The position numbers and the translations under genes are program-made. A stretch of 56,799 nt of DNA, counting the filler, from Streblomastix strix (taxonomy: Eukaryota): NCBI GenBank assembly GCA_008636045.1. It is 3 parts of 3 records of this genome, joined end to end, with 100 filler letters (N's around TTAATTAATTAA, not from the genome) between each part and the next. Parts side by side here need not be neighbours in the genome. Positions count along the whole stretch, not along the records: positions 37,937 to 56,799 come from SNRW01000570.1; 2 more parts are not named here. The stretch is one strand, 5' to 3'. Below, one piece after another: positions 37,837-50,959 of this stretch. The first letter of the stretch is position 1. Every line of letters starts with the position of its first letter. The notes under the pieces are model-generated. The model saw only the letters and a program-made list of their open reading frames with translations, had not been told where the DNA came from and did no database searches.

Positions 37837-37936
37837 NNNNNNNNNNNNNNNNNNNNNNNNNNNNNNNNNNNNNNNNNNNNTTAATTAATTAANNNNNNNN
37901 NNNNNNNNNNNNNNNNNNNNNNNNNNNNNNNNNNNN
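37837..37936. other. Artificial contig linker (44 N + TTAATTAATTAA + 44 N)
   Basis: Same 100-nt design as 18874-18973. Confidence 0.97.
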
Positions 37937-38343
37937 ACTAAATATTTTGTATTAATGTTTAATCAAAATAAATACATATTTGTCCTTCTTCTGTTTTCTC
38001 TTTTATTTTATATTTCATCTTATTCAAAGATAGCATCATCATATTCATCGTTGTTTTCTTACAAGTCTTAATCTATTGAAAAGACTATGTCTATTTCCCA
38101 ACTCCCTAACTTTGGAGAGAAATAAGGTCGTTGTAGTCTTTATAATGGTTTAAATTTATTATCTTACACAGGTAAATATTGATTATTAGCATATTTATGT
38201 TTATTTATTTTTTCAGACAATTTTAATTTTGTTTTGAAAGGAAAATAGAGCATATTTTCATTGTCGCTACCTTAAATGGATGCGGAAGATTGATTGGATT
38301 ACTGGCTGGATGTGTAAGCCGCTTATTATGTGTCTTTTTCCAT
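37937..38343 (-). pseudogene. N-terminal part of an RVE (retroviral-type) integrase
   Basis: RPYFSPKLGSWEIDIVF...MYLF*LNINTKYL resembles the first catalytic Asp strand (WxxD) and the following YxxxxxDxxSKY segment of Polinton integrases. Runs off the contig. Confidence 0.65.
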
Positions 38344-38739
38344 TTGTTTATTTTTTGTCTATACTTTTATTTTGATGGTTCGTATTATGATTAAACTAAA
38401 ATATAATAATAACACCAATCTGCCACTGTTCGCTTTCCAATAATTATTTCATCAGATTTCTCTGCAATAACATCGACTTATTTTTTCTTTGCAATTTTAA
38501 ATATATTTTTTATGAACTCTGATAGAATCATTTTATAATGAACTTTTTATGCATTATCATCGATATCTTATTATATTTCAAATTCATATTCTTTTCTTTG
38601 ATATTATTCACCTGCAAAAGTCATAAAGATATCCTCATACAAATTATTTTCGTTTTACATTTAATTTTTGCAAAAATATAACAATTAAAGGCATTATTGA
38701 AGATGCTAATGACTCAATCAACTTTTGATTATTATTTAT

Positions 38740-38840
38740 TTTTTCATGTTTCTACTATTTGGCGGATCGACTGACATTTTTCATAGAACCCATTTGACTC
38801 AATCCACCCAATCCACTCAGTTCAGTCAAAAGTCATTCAC
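38740..38840 (-). repeat. Intergenic modular repeat (GTGGATT box + AGTCGA box)
   Basis: Reverse strand: GAATGACTTTTGACTGAACTGAGTGGATTGGGTGGATTGAGTCAAATGGGTTCTATGAAAAATGTCAGTCGATCCGCCAAATAGTAGAAACATG. Close to the copies at 46301 and 50249. Confidence 0.88.
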
Positions 38841-38889
38841 AAACCATATCAATTTATTACTCCTATTTAATGCTTATTATTAATGTTTA

Positions 38890-41800
38890 TCATTAGTGTA
38901 CATCACTAATAATTATATAATTATCAGAACTCAACTGTTATCCGTTAATATACAGGAAAGGAGCTCAACTCTGATTTTCATGAACTACAATTTTATTATA
39001 GATTGATGTTAAACCAATTTTATTTATTTATATTTTTGACATTTATTTATTTCTTCAACTTAGGACAAAATTTTAAATACGAATTTATTCGCCATTTAAT
39101 GACTATTTAAATGATTCATTGTTTAATTGAATAGTTTATTTTTAAATTATTCCTTTCAAACAATAATTGTATTCCTTTTCATTCTGATTATGCAGATGAT
39201 TTTAAATGTATTGAATTTTTGGAGCTAAAGCAATGCAAGCCATTCCTTCTGCCTCATAACTGACTTCCAATAATTGTTTATATTATCCGAAGAAAAGAGG
39301 ATAATTTTCATCGAAAAATTTTTAGTCCTTGATTACGTATTTAAATTTCTGTTTATATCCTTCTTCTGCATCAGGATTGCCACTGATGGCTCATGTCATC
39401 AAATCAGTATTAACACAAACATAATGCATCTTATTCATATCGAATGCTTTAGCCATAAAATTATAGATAAAATTTATATACCAATATTTGCTATTATGTA
39501 ACACGAAATAAACTGAATGGAGGCAAGTGTTGCAGTTGCAGCCCTCTGCATTAAATTACATAGCAAATAAATCGTCTGTTAATTATTAATCATTAACGAA
39601 TGAACTTTAGAGATGAGACAACCATGTTCTATCAGAGCTCAACAATTTCGTTTGCGAATATCTTTCTTAATTCATCCCATCACTTCCAAAGCTTGTGTTC
39701 ATAGCAAATTTATATAATTATTATTTTCCAATTTTTTTTCATTTTTTGCTTATATCCGCTGATTCATAAATTCATTAACAAATGGATTGAATCTATCGTG
39801 CTTCGAGAACGTTATAATACATTAAATATTGTCAATAATGAAATGAAAGTCAGCAATATGAAGCTATAAATTATAATTACTGAATGACATGAATTATCTA
39901 TACGTCGATAACAAATTTGTTAATTTTCGTTCAATTTTAGCGTGTTACATATTATTTTTCAGCAGCAGATTATATATGTATGAACCTAATGTTTTTTCAT
40001 CGGTCATTATATCGATGTTTCTCAATATCGGAAGAAAATTAATAAAATCATTTATATATTATTCGTCGATTGGTCATTTAACAACCGCGATAAATAACAG
40101 CATTCCATCAACGTCATTAAATAGTAAGGGATTCAAAATTAAATTTTTTTGCTGTTTATTTTTCCATAATTTAATCCAATATTTGTCCCGCCATGTATAA
40201 TTTATTTCCTGTGTATTCAATGAACTTATGCAGCTCTGAGCTCATAACGCTTGGATATTAACAGTTGAAATCTAATGTCAAAAGATGAGTCATAATATAT
40301 TGAGTGTCGCAACTGATGACCTTTCGATTAATATATTTTAATTATTTTATTTTAGTTTCACCTGCAACATTACATCAATGTGTCACATACGATAATCAGC
40401 CAGTGACACCAGAACATAAACTTTGATAAACTTCTGCATCAGTTAATGTCATTGGAAGCGACTTCAACAAACAAAAATTCTTTAATTGTTTTATTAATCT
40501 TGTTAAATTTTCTTCTTTATTTGACTTAAATTTAATACAGAATAAGCTACATGTTTGACGTTATCTGCAGAATGGTCCCTGTCGTTGTTGATTCTATCTT
40601 ATGATGGAGGAATTTTGCTTGTAAATCGTACTTTACAGATATGGCATCCTGTCGATAGAAATAATTTTCTGTAGAACGCAAAATCTGATTCTTTGATGTT
40701 GTTGCTTGTGTCTCTATTTGTTTTTTTATTTTATTCCAGATAATTTTAAACTTTATTGTTCCAATAATTTTAAATAAGTACGAATGATGTATAATCATCT
40801 TTTGGCGTATAATCTTAATACAATTAGAAGTTGCCACAAGCAAGAGCATATTTGATAGCATTAGCGCATGTTGACATCGACATAAACTGCAACATGTCAA
40901 TTTTGTAATTGAAGAACATATCAATTAAGTAATCCAACGGCTGAATCATTAAGCGGGTATCTTCAAGGTTGTAGTATCGAACGTAGTTTCATCTAGATTT
41001 AATGTTCTACAATGAATTATGCGTCATCAAATAATTTTAATATTTTTCTTGACTAAAATTTTTATTTTTAATTGTTTTATAAAACACTTCAATTGGAAAT
41101 GGTTCTAATTTATCATGCTCTTAAACATAATTATCGTAATTAACGAATTGGTGTGGAAATTTTAACTTGGTTGGAATTGCTGATGTTACTTTTGGTGTGA
41201 AATCTTTTATGAATTATTTTAATTTCATTTTCGTAGAATAGATCATCGCATCGATGAACCGTAATTTGATTCCTGTTATGTTACGTTTAACGATGATTTA
41301 TTTAACATTTGAATCACTTCTAAGATATTTAATGATTTGCAATTCATCGCATTTTAAATTTTTAAGAATCAATGCAATATCAAACTTTGAAGAATTGAAC
41401 CCAATAACTGATACCTCATAATGTTGTGGTATTGACTCATCTTCATATTTGTTTGAATCAATAACTTTTTTGGTTTCCTTAAACAGCTATTTTATCCATA
41501 CATTAATAAAGTTAGGGGTTCGAATGTCAAAATAAATAGAATTAATTTAATTAATGTTTTTATTTTTTATTTTTTATTGTACTTGCAATTGATAAGGGTT
41601 CAAATATTGATAATTATTTTGAACTATCACAGAATTTTTCATTTATGACTCTTTCAACGGTTTCAATATCATTTGTTATAAAATATTTAGAAGGTTTGAA
41701 TTCATCTTCTCGATCATACGCCAGAAGATACTTATAGCTAACATTATTCAATATGTGAGGAACATATGGCCTTGGAAAACTTTCTAAATAAACTTTTTTT

Positions 41801-43824
41801 ACTATCTTTCCTCCATTTTTTAACATTTTTAAATGTGCATTTTTAGCTTTTATTATAAATTTGAGTCTCTAGTCTAATAAGCCTGCACACCACAGATAGG
41901 ACAATATTTTAAACCAGTTAATGCCTCAACATCATTGATATAAAAACGTGAGCCGTTTATAGTTCGTTGATTGAGTTAATAATTAAAGGGACATTATATT
42001 CTTTTGTCTATTCTTTTTGTTCGTTTCTTCTGCATTGCTTCCGTAGATAATAACTACTCGAAGAGCTACCTTAATTGGCTGGTGTTGCTGTTGAGGCTGC
42101 CGTTGCTTCTTCTTAAGCGAACACATTTATATTTAATTTTTCATTCTATACAAACTAATCCACTTCTTTTGCGAAATTAAACCCCTGATAGTTATCATCG
42201 ATTCACTTGCCATAGATTCTTTCAAATAATCGTTTAATTTCGGCAATACATGAATGTTCCTTATAACGCGTTGCTGCAATAGTGGTACCGTCTGCCTTAA
42301 TGTCTGGCATAGTAATAAATGAATATGCTAGAAAGAAACATAAATTTTAATTATTTTTCTCGGGGTCAATATATCGAATCTCTCGCCTCATAATACGCTT
42401 CTTTAATGAGGATATTGTTCGACCGCCCATAGCGCCTACATGTGGAAGCCTAAACACCCAAGCCATTATTGAAAATATACCTACTATTTTCTCTTTGGTG
42501 TCCATTATTGTTCTTTCCTGCGTTTGAATAATGTGGTTTCTAATGAATCTTTTATAATCCGCAAGGTCCATTTGGTTGCGTATGGTTGTCGGTGCTCTCA
42601 TTTCTGTTCTAGCTTCAAGAGGACGATTGATTTTATACGTTATTTGCTATTCATTTTCTTAACCATCGACTCGTTCAATAATCATTCCAAAATCAAATTC
42701 AATTTTGAATGCAAATTTTTATTCGCGCCAATAAATTTCATCTAAATAAACATCAACATCTTTAATTGTTTTCAAATCATTTTTGTAATATTCTTTTGTA
42801 GGGCTGATGGTATGAACATAAAATGGGTCATATTTGACGTGTTAATTTTTAACATAATTTTCGCTCATGACTAATTCTTCTTTCATAATCTTACTCGAGT
42901 TGTGGCTCACATAACATAATCGTACACTATAGGACGTTAATTGGCCAATAATTCTTATCATATTATTAATCATTAAACACTTATATTTCATCTTTAACAT
43001 TTTTAAGCACATCCGCATTTTACTTTTATTTAAGGTTTATTTTTTTATTCTTTAATTTCTTTTAATAAATTTGCATGTCTGACTCGTTAATCTTCCATAA
43101 CTTGCTCCCATTTTTAATTGTGTTATTTGCTCTATTCGTCTTAAGTGCTCATATTCTACGTATTATCTTTTTCTTGCAAAAATTATTTAATATAAACTTT
43201 ACCTACTATTTCTTCATTTTGAAGGCCTAACTAAGTATCTTATCTGATTAGTTATGCAAATGGTCTTGATTATAATGAGGCATTTCGAACTATATCTCTA
43301 TTGTTTCTACCCTTTTCTAAATGAATTTTATCTAAAATTATTAAAATTTTAGACCTTAATTCGTTAATGTTTATTTTCTATTAAATTTCAGGATCAAATA
43401 AAATCATTAATTCACTTATTATTCCAGGTGTTAGTTTTTAGTGTCTTAAATTTAGTTGATAATCCATCCACACATCATGAGCTTTGCCTTGTTTGAGTTG
43501 CAGTTCAGATGATAATTCTGGAGATAATTCAAGTGATAGCTGGTAATTATGCGTTTGCATTTACGTAATATAATTCTACATTTACATCAATTATTACTGT
43601 TGATGTTTCATTTTGAATTATGGCGATGGCTGGTAGTTGCGTGTTTGCATTTATGTAATATAGTCCTATATTTACGTCAATTATGATTATGTTTATCTGG
43701 GCGATTGATGAGGTGGTAAATTTAATGGTTATAGCTCTAGTAATGCTTGAGTCTGTAGCGTAACCGGAGGTCCAATCGGAGGCATGCGTCGTATTTACGA
43801 GTCATACCCCTGTTTATCTGCCAT
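38890..43824 (-). pseudogene. Protein-primed family B DNA polymerase, second type, inactivated
   Basis: Exo I NDIETVE, Exo II GFNSSKFD, Exo III YYNLED, motif A LDFNCQYPSVM, motif B KFAMNTSFG, and motif C decayed to VNTDL. Several frameshifts and TGAs. Long Q-rich N-terminal extension, start codon inferred. Confidence 0.88.
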
Positions 43825-43869
43825 TTATTTAAAATAAAAATGAATAATTATTACATTAATAAACCGTAT

Positions 43870-44180
43870 TGTTGGGTGGATTGAATCATAAAACCGCGTC
43901 AGAAACTTCAACGAAATCATCGGTATTTGCACGAAGAATTGATGTGAATAATGAATGACTTTTGAATGGTCAGGGTGCCCATACCCTGAGTGTATTTTTA
44001 ACTCATCTAAGAAATTAGCTGCCAATATGCCAAAATGCCAATAAATGTACTTAATTGATGCGGATAACTGATGTGGATAAAGAATGATTTTTGACTGGAC
44101 GGAGTGGATTGTGTTGATTGAGTCAGAAACTTCTATCAAAAACTGCTGTTAGACTGCCATTCTGCCAGATCTGAGAAAAT
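43870..44180 (+). repeat. Tandem cluster of intergenic modular repeats (partial at 43870, full at 43953 and 44082)
   Basis: Full units begin GAATGAYTTTTG and end in spaced TGCCA 8-mers. The first has a GGTGCCCATAC box and the second a GTGGATT box. Confidence 0.85.
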
Positions 44181-44194
44181 ATTAATAAAACTAA

Positions 44195-45324
44195 TAAATA
44201 TGTCGGTCTTCCGACCTCCAACTGCGGCTATTCAAACGAATTTGTATTTGTCTAATTTATATCCATTGATGTTTTGTTATCTTTATGTTAGAATTTGACC
44301 ATAATATTATATAGCTTATCCAAGAGCATCTTTAAACCTAGTATCGACATTTTCAACTTAATATAGTTGAGTAATAACGGTAAGAAATTCTTTCTTATAC
44401 AATCTTTTAGCAATTGGCAAATATTCGTAATCTCCGAATTTTACATTTGCTTTATTGTTTCTATTATATGTGTCTATTTTTCCATCCTATCTTTCTAATA
44501 TTTCTACAGCTGTTGTAATAAATACAGTATTCGAAGCAAATACCATTACTTACTATTTAATAGCCATTGGCAAGTTTGCACCGCCATTTTGGTCTATGAT
44601 TTTTTTGGCATTGGCGGTGAATGCTCTGAAACTATAATTCAATATTTCTCTTACCTTATGCGGCTTAGTCATTGATAGCCATTTCATGTAAGGGCCGCCT
44701 TATATTCCTTATTGTTTTAATTTTGCAGCCAATGCAGTTCGTTCTAAATCATTAACATTTGTATAATATTATTTATTCCAATTTCTTTTATATTAATGCT
44801 CTGAGTCACCAAATCCAACTGTTGTATTATAACCATCGACTGAATAAATTGCGTTCTTTTTCTTTTCATATACAACCACATTATCAGGTGTTGCAATATT
44901 ATCATCTAAGTCATATTCCTATACACTGAATCGTTTGTTCAAATGTTTATCGTCAACATATTTTTGGGTACTGACAGCAGACGATAACCTATTAATTTTC
45001 TTAATATCTCTGTTTAAATAACCGACAAGTGTAGCAAGGACATCCCCTGCCTCTTCTCTAAATTATGGGCCTGCATGCTTTCTTGTTCTTTGAATCATAC
45101 TGGGATGGAACGGCAGTCTACCAAACGGTTTTGCTCGTGATTTCATTCTCTCCTATCTATTAGCTTGTGATTCAAAATAATCATAATCATCCTCCATTTC
45201 ATCAACTTCCATCAAACCTTAACCACTTGCACCACCTGAGCCTTATTAGCCTTTTTCCGCTTCAAATTCTTTTCTTGCTTCCTTTTAAATATTATTTTTA
45301 ATTAAATTCTGAATTTCTATTTCA
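44195..45324 (-). pseudogene. Hypothetical viral protein (approximate limits)
   Basis: Long frames with TAR=Gln (...MKSRAKPFGRLPFHPSM...DLDDNIATPDNVVVY...YSVDGY) broken by shifts. Confidence 0.5.
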
Positions 45325-45356
45325 TACCGATAAAAAATATGTTTTATTATATAAAA

Positions 45357-46144
45357 ATGACGAGTTTAACATAAAAAGGAGATAACATGATAAAAGAAAT
45401 ATTCGTGAATATGCACGAAATTTAAACAATTATTCATAAACAATTAAATTTTACATATAACTCTGTAAATTTATTGATAGGTTAGCGTGGCAGTGGCAAG
45501 ACGTATAATGTCTTCAAAGAGTTAATAAAATTAAGTTAATTAAAAAACATTGTTATACCCTGTTCATATGCGTCAGAGACTCAAATAATGACTCCACTTA
45601 TAAAAAAATGAAAGATTTGATTAAAATTCCGACTAAAATTATTCCATATGCCGAAACTGATCTAGTGCTGAATGATTTGATTGAATGCAATTAAGCGTAT
45701 GATGAAATTTAAGAAAAATAATTTTAAAAAGAATCAATTGAAGAATCAAAAGATGATTTATTAACTAATGTGATTGTAGCTAGAGGAGAATGTAATTTTA
45801 AAGTAAAATTTCCTCATTCAATTATTTTATTTGATTATTCAATGGGTATATTTAAAATTAAAAATAATCCACTATTTAAAAAGTAATTTAAGAACCGATA
45901 GCCCAGAATAACATATTTCCTTTGTTTATAGGAAATCACTGGTTTAGATGGAGCTATTAAACCAAATCTTAATTCATTATGGTTCTTAGGAGCATTTAAC
46001 AGATTAAAATTTAATTAATTTTCTTATTAATCTTCAATACCATCAGATAAAGAAACAATATGGTATGAGTATGTACGACTAACTAAATAATAAGCATTAA
46101 TGGTATAATATGAAATGAGTGGAACAGTTGTCAAAATAATCTGA
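45357..46144 (+). pseudogene. A32/FtsK-like packaging ATPase, second type, frameshifted
   Basis: Walker A LLIGQRGSGKT, decayed Walker B IILFDY, and KNRQPRITYFLCLQ. Confidence 0.82.
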
Positions 46145-46164
46145 AACGCATAAGCTCAACATCA

Positions 46165-46395
46165 TCATTTGGCACATTGGCATATTAGCAGCAAATTTCT
46201 TAAATGAGTTAAAAACACCATCATAGTATGGGCACCTTGAACACTTTAAAGTCATTCATTAATGAAGCCAATTCTTCACTCCTACACAATGCTTTTCATC
46301 AATGTTTTCGACTATTTGGCGGATCGGCTCGCATTTTTCATAGAATCCATTTGACTCAATCCACCCAATCCACACGGTGCAGTCAAACGTCATTC
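46165..46395 (-). repeat. Two tandem intergenic modular repeats (46165-46257 and 46301-46395)
   Basis: 46165-46257 is an inverted homologue of 43953-44047. 46301-46395 is homologous to the copies at 38740 and 50249. Confidence 0.88.
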
Positions 46396-46798
46396 ATTTC
46401 AGTGCTTAAACCAAATGGTTCAGAACATCCAAAAACTAGTCTAATTTACACTAAATCTTATTCAATTAGTCTTTGGCACAAGTTTTATACATACTTGACC
46501 TTCTATTTCTGATAATTTATAAACGTCCAATTTATATATAATTTATATAGTTTTTACGTTATTTATTTAGATAATTGTTATTGATTTTAGTAAATAAAAT
46601 TTTTGAAATCATTTAAAGTCTCAAAATATTTGGTTTGTTAAGTTTGTCTGTTAGTCTAACCTTCGACTCCCACCTCGAATTGTACTTCTTCCTATACATC
46701 GGATTCTATTTATAATTTCGAAGTAAATTAATTGTTTTTTCTGTTGTCGAACAAGATTCCTTCCATTTTATTTCTGCAAAAATGAATTAAATTACTGT

Positions 46799-47466
46799 TC
46801 AAAATTCTATATCGTGTAATTTCTTAAATTTGTTAAGGTAATTGCGCCGTTATTTATTTTCTATATCAAAAGCATAGACAAAAAACTCTCCAGATTAATG
46901 TTCGTTTATATTTAATTCACGATATTATAATCCAATATAGAAATAAAAATTATTGTTATCGAAATAAATTAATTCAAATTAATGTTTTTCATAATCATTT
47001 ACCACTATTGCGTTATCTGTTAATTCATCGATATAATTGTATGCAATATTTTTTTCTTGACTTTCCTTGTTTAACTAATTTCCAGAGTGTGATATCCAAC
47101 GTAAATTTTCGATTCTATTGTCCTGTATATTTTAATTTTTGTAATATGTATCTGGCAAATTGTCAATATTGAATGTAAACTGTATTGCTAAAACATAATG
47201 ATATAAACGTGATACTCTATTCAAAATAATTCTACTATCTCCTGATGGTTTACGAAATAGAATTTTTGGTATAAATTAGTCTCTTAAACGTTTAAATGTA
47301 TGTGGCTCCTCAGTCAAAATTTCATAACCTGTATCTTCAGTTAATGTAACCCAATTATTTGACTCGTTAACTGATTCATTAATTGACCAGTTAATCGACT
47401 CGTTAATCGACTCATTAATTGATTCATCTACTGTTGAAGTTTCTGAGTCTGTTATTTATTTCCCAT
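46799..47466 (-). pseudogene. HNH endonuclease, degenerate, homologous to 3348-3908
   Basis: YHYVLAIQF..IDNLPD....N...DNRIENLRWIS with the catalytic DH lost. N-terminal 12-bp (ESIN)n tandem repeat and frameshifts. Confidence 0.75.
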
Positions 47467-48407
47467 TAAAAAAAAGAAAAATAAAAAAAATAAATCGATT
47501 AATTTTGAAATCATCATTAAACTATTTTAATTTTTCATTTTTTTTCTTATATTTTTAATTCTAATTTCTTTATATTTTCTTTACAAACTATTTCAGATTC
47601 AATATTTCTTAAATTGGCCTCTTCTTAAATTAAATTCATCATTTTTATCATTTATTATTTTGCATAAATTATTCTTCTTTACTCATATCCATAATCTAAG
47701 ATTTTGAACTTTAAATCTTCTCCATCTCTTTCTGTTTACATTAATGAAAATTTCATAGTATCTCGCATATAAATTAGCGAATAGTTATCTAATTGTAATT
47801 ATTCCCTTTCTTAATTGGTCATTTCGATAGTGATAAAAAAATGAAATTAAAAAAAAATAAATTAGTTATTTCAGTATTCCAGTATCAATTCAAGAACAAA
47901 TTTTAATTAATTTTAATTTATATCCAATAATTTTTAGTTTTGACGGAACTATACATATAAATATCTGTTGTGATTATATTATATGTTGGGCTTATAAACT
48001 CGTTATTCATTATAATAGCTTACAAATTATTCGAAATATTATTCTTATTGAACCATTGAACAATGAACGCTTATGTCTGCATCAGAGCCTTAGTTTGAAC
48101 AATGGCACTAGCAGAATATTATTTTTCTTTAATTATCTGAATTTACAAACGCGTATGATAATGCAAAACCAACTCCGTTCATTTGGGTGTTTGCACCGAT
48201 TACAACTCCATCATCTTAAGTTAAAATATAATATTTTAAATTTTATGCTGAAGTTATATTTGAAGCCATTTATTATAAAATAAATTAAAAATAATTAATA
48301 TGTATATAACTAAGGACCTATTTAATTAACTATATTAAAGTTTAGGTGTTAGTTAAATAAATATAAATGAAAAAATAAAAAATATTCTCAATTAACGGAT
48401 TATATTC

Positions 48408-50106
48408 TCATCCTATAAGTTGCTCAATAACTTCATCAAATGATTGGTTAGTATCATAATTGCAGCTACCACCAGTAGCCAGTGAAACTAATCAAAATAT
48501 ATCATGAATTGTACATAATATAGGAGGTTGTGGTCTCTTTCCATTTGTATCTATATTGTAGTATAAATCTGTTGCTCCTTGATATATTGGTGCTTCTCTG
48601 AGTTCGACAGAAGTGTTTTAGTTCTGAGTGTCTAGTCCATCGAAAGTTAATGCTCCATTGCTGTTCCTTTCAAATTAAAGAGTTATCAAAAAATCTTGTT
48701 AAATAATTGTGAGGATTAAGTCTTTGAGTCACTATATTTCTTGCTATTGTCAAAGCATCTTCATACTCATCAGTGGCTTCGAAAAACAAGTCAAGATTTG
48801 ATGCATTAAGTTATAAATAGAAGAATTATTGGTCAAGAATATTCATAGGCATATTTTTGAAATTACGTCCGCAGGTGGTTAATTGCATGTTCTAATAGCA
48901 ACGGTTTTCAAAGCAAGTCGTAGCTCTAGCATCTTTCGGAAATAAAAGATAGAAATCGGTTACATGAGATAGAGGAATATTTTAAGATGTTCGTATTCCC
49001 TTTAAAGTAGCACTCGTTGGAAATGGCCATACTTTCACAAGCTGCGCAGGTATGACATATGGACGTTAGCTGTAGAATTATCGAACTCAATTAATACATG
49101 CATCAGTAGCTTTATAACCTGCCATGTTAGCCGTGACCTCTATTATGAAATAATTTTTTATGCTCATGTTAACGGGTTTGATGTCACATACTATGTTCTA
49201 CAATCCTGACTCATTTCGTAGCTCCGCATGTTGTCCTGTTATCATATCAGCAGTGTATCTCAATTACGTAAAATACTTAAAATATTAGAATGTCAGACTC
49301 CAATTTCTGACCATCAAATCGATATCCATTAGCTTCTACTGACCACTACCCAATATCTCATCTTTATTCATTGTATAATATTTAACCATTGAAATAATTG
49401 GATTCATTTAACAGAAAACTAAAGCATGAGGATTTATTTTAAATTTTATATTTAAATCACCAAATAGGCCATTAGGATAATCAGTTAATGCAGAGAATAT
49501 CAGGAAGTCATCAAGTGGAATGCTGACTCTGAAGCGTATTGGAATTTTATATGGAACCGATGTTTGATCTCCTATCAACTCTTCAATCTCTCACATACTT
49601 ATATATGTTCCACACGCTGACGTATCAAATTTATGAATATTTTCATAAAGGGAAAAGATATGTTTTCTATAATTTTTCCCACTTTTTGGCGTGATAATGT
49701 TATATATAAATGATTCAGTTGTTGCGTCACTCTATAGACTTCCATCAATGGTTTTACCTCTATGATATATGATATATTATCGAATAAGATTTGAACCTGA
49801 TTTGAGACCTACAAATAAGACCAATCCGTCTTTATATGATTCGTCAATTTTATCAAATTTATCATCAAGTTAGATATTGACAGTTAGTGCTATAGACAAG
49901 AACGAATTTTATATCTATGTGATGTCTTGGTCTGTGTCTGATAAACTTATAATTATTTCCATATCAAATAACGCTGGCATTTATGATTCTTGTTTTATTT
50001 CCTTGATTGAATAATGATGTTCTCTGACATTAATAAATGGAACTACGGCATTACCAAATAGTGTTTCTTCAATGGTCCCTGTTTGTTGTAAATGTGTGGC
50101 TTTCAT
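48408..50106 (-). pseudogene. Probable double-jelly-roll major capsid protein, second type (about 565 aa)
   Basis: Beta-rich frame including IRFRVSIPLDDFLIFSALTDYPNGLFGDLNIKFKIN, similar to the IPL...P....L.I.F strand pattern of jelly-roll capsids. In-frame TGAs and at least one shift. Confidence 0.65.
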
Positions 50107-50248
50107 TTAGAATCTATTCATCTTTTATGTCCAATAAAAAAAACAAAATAGTTAAATAAATATTTAATGAAATAATAAACTTTTGATGAACATCAATTTT
50201 ACAACATAAAAGTACATACTTTTGGAACGAGAAAATGATGTAGATTTT

Positions 50249-50350
50249 GAATGACTTATGGCTGGACCGAGTGGATTGGGTGGATTGAGTAAAGTGAGTT
50301 CTATGAAAAATGCCAGTCGATTCGCCAAACAGTCGAAACATGAAAAAATA
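50249..50350 (+). repeat. Intergenic modular repeat (GTGGATT box + AGTCGA box)
   Basis: GAATGACTTATGGCTGGACCGAGTGGATTGGGTGGATTGAGTAAAGTGAGTTCTATGAAAAATGCCAGTCGATTCGCCAAACAGTCGAAACATG. Confidence 0.88.
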
Positions 50351-50394
50351 AATATTCCTAACCGTTAATGAATAGAACATAATGCTTTTATTTT

Positions 50395-50708
50395 TCATTG
50401 GATTTATAATTATACTCTTCGACTCTGTATATCAATTGGTAATTTTTATCTTAAATATTCATCATTTCTCAACGTTTCAAAATCTTATCTAAATTAGCTA
50501 TTTTTATCTGCACCATAATCATAGTCAAAAAATGAGCTAGCAACAACTAAACCTTTACCTATTATTTAGCCGACAGAACTGAGTGCCCAAGTATCGGTTT
50601 TGCAAACGGTTTTATGAACTGTTTAAAAACATTATCATTAGCCCATTAAAGACCTTTCTCTACTTTTTAAACTAACTATTTGATTTTTGAAAAGGTACCT
50701 ACTGCCAT
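50395..50708 (-). pseudogene. Small amphipathic protein upstream of the capsid gene, frameshifted
   Basis: MAVGTFSKIKQLVQKVEKGLQWANDNVFKQFIKPFAKPILG...IIGKGL has the same amphipathic character as 7095-7301. Confidence 0.55.
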
Positions 50709-50780
50709 GATTTATTTGTAATAAAAAATAAAATTTTATGTATATTATTTTGGATTTGAATAAGTGATTTTTTTATTAAT

Positions 50781-50879
50781 TTTTTCTCACTTCTGGCAGA
50801 ATGGCAGGCTGGCAGCAGTTTTTGATGAAAGTTTTTGACTCGGAACACTAGGAACACTCGGAACACTTAAAAGTCATTC
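50781..50879 (-). repeat. Intergenic modular repeat (GTGTTCC box + TGCCA box)
   Basis: Reverse strand: GAATGACTTTTAAGTGTTCCGAGTGTTCCTAGTGTTCCGAGTCAAAAACTTTCATCAAAAACTGCTGCCAGCCTGCCATTCTGCCAGAAGTGAG. Confidence 0.88.
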
Positions 50880-50959
50880 ACTATCGATATCAATTATCCG
50901 AGCCAAAATAATACTTTTCATTAATATTTATCACAAATAATACATTCCACTGGCGCAAT

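Noticed and set aside
43825..44139. Supplied ORFs over the repeat modules (also 46228-46512, 50114-50398, 55603-55869) as a protein family with TQSTQST or SECSECSE motifs
   Set aside because: The peptide repeats are translations of 9-bp DNA repeats in inconsistent frames and strands. The conserved feature is the DNA scaffold.
43870..44180. CRISPR-like array from tandem modules
   Set aside because: Only two to three units per cluster, the variable parts recur elsewhere as fixed box types rather than unique spacers, and no cas-like genes are present.
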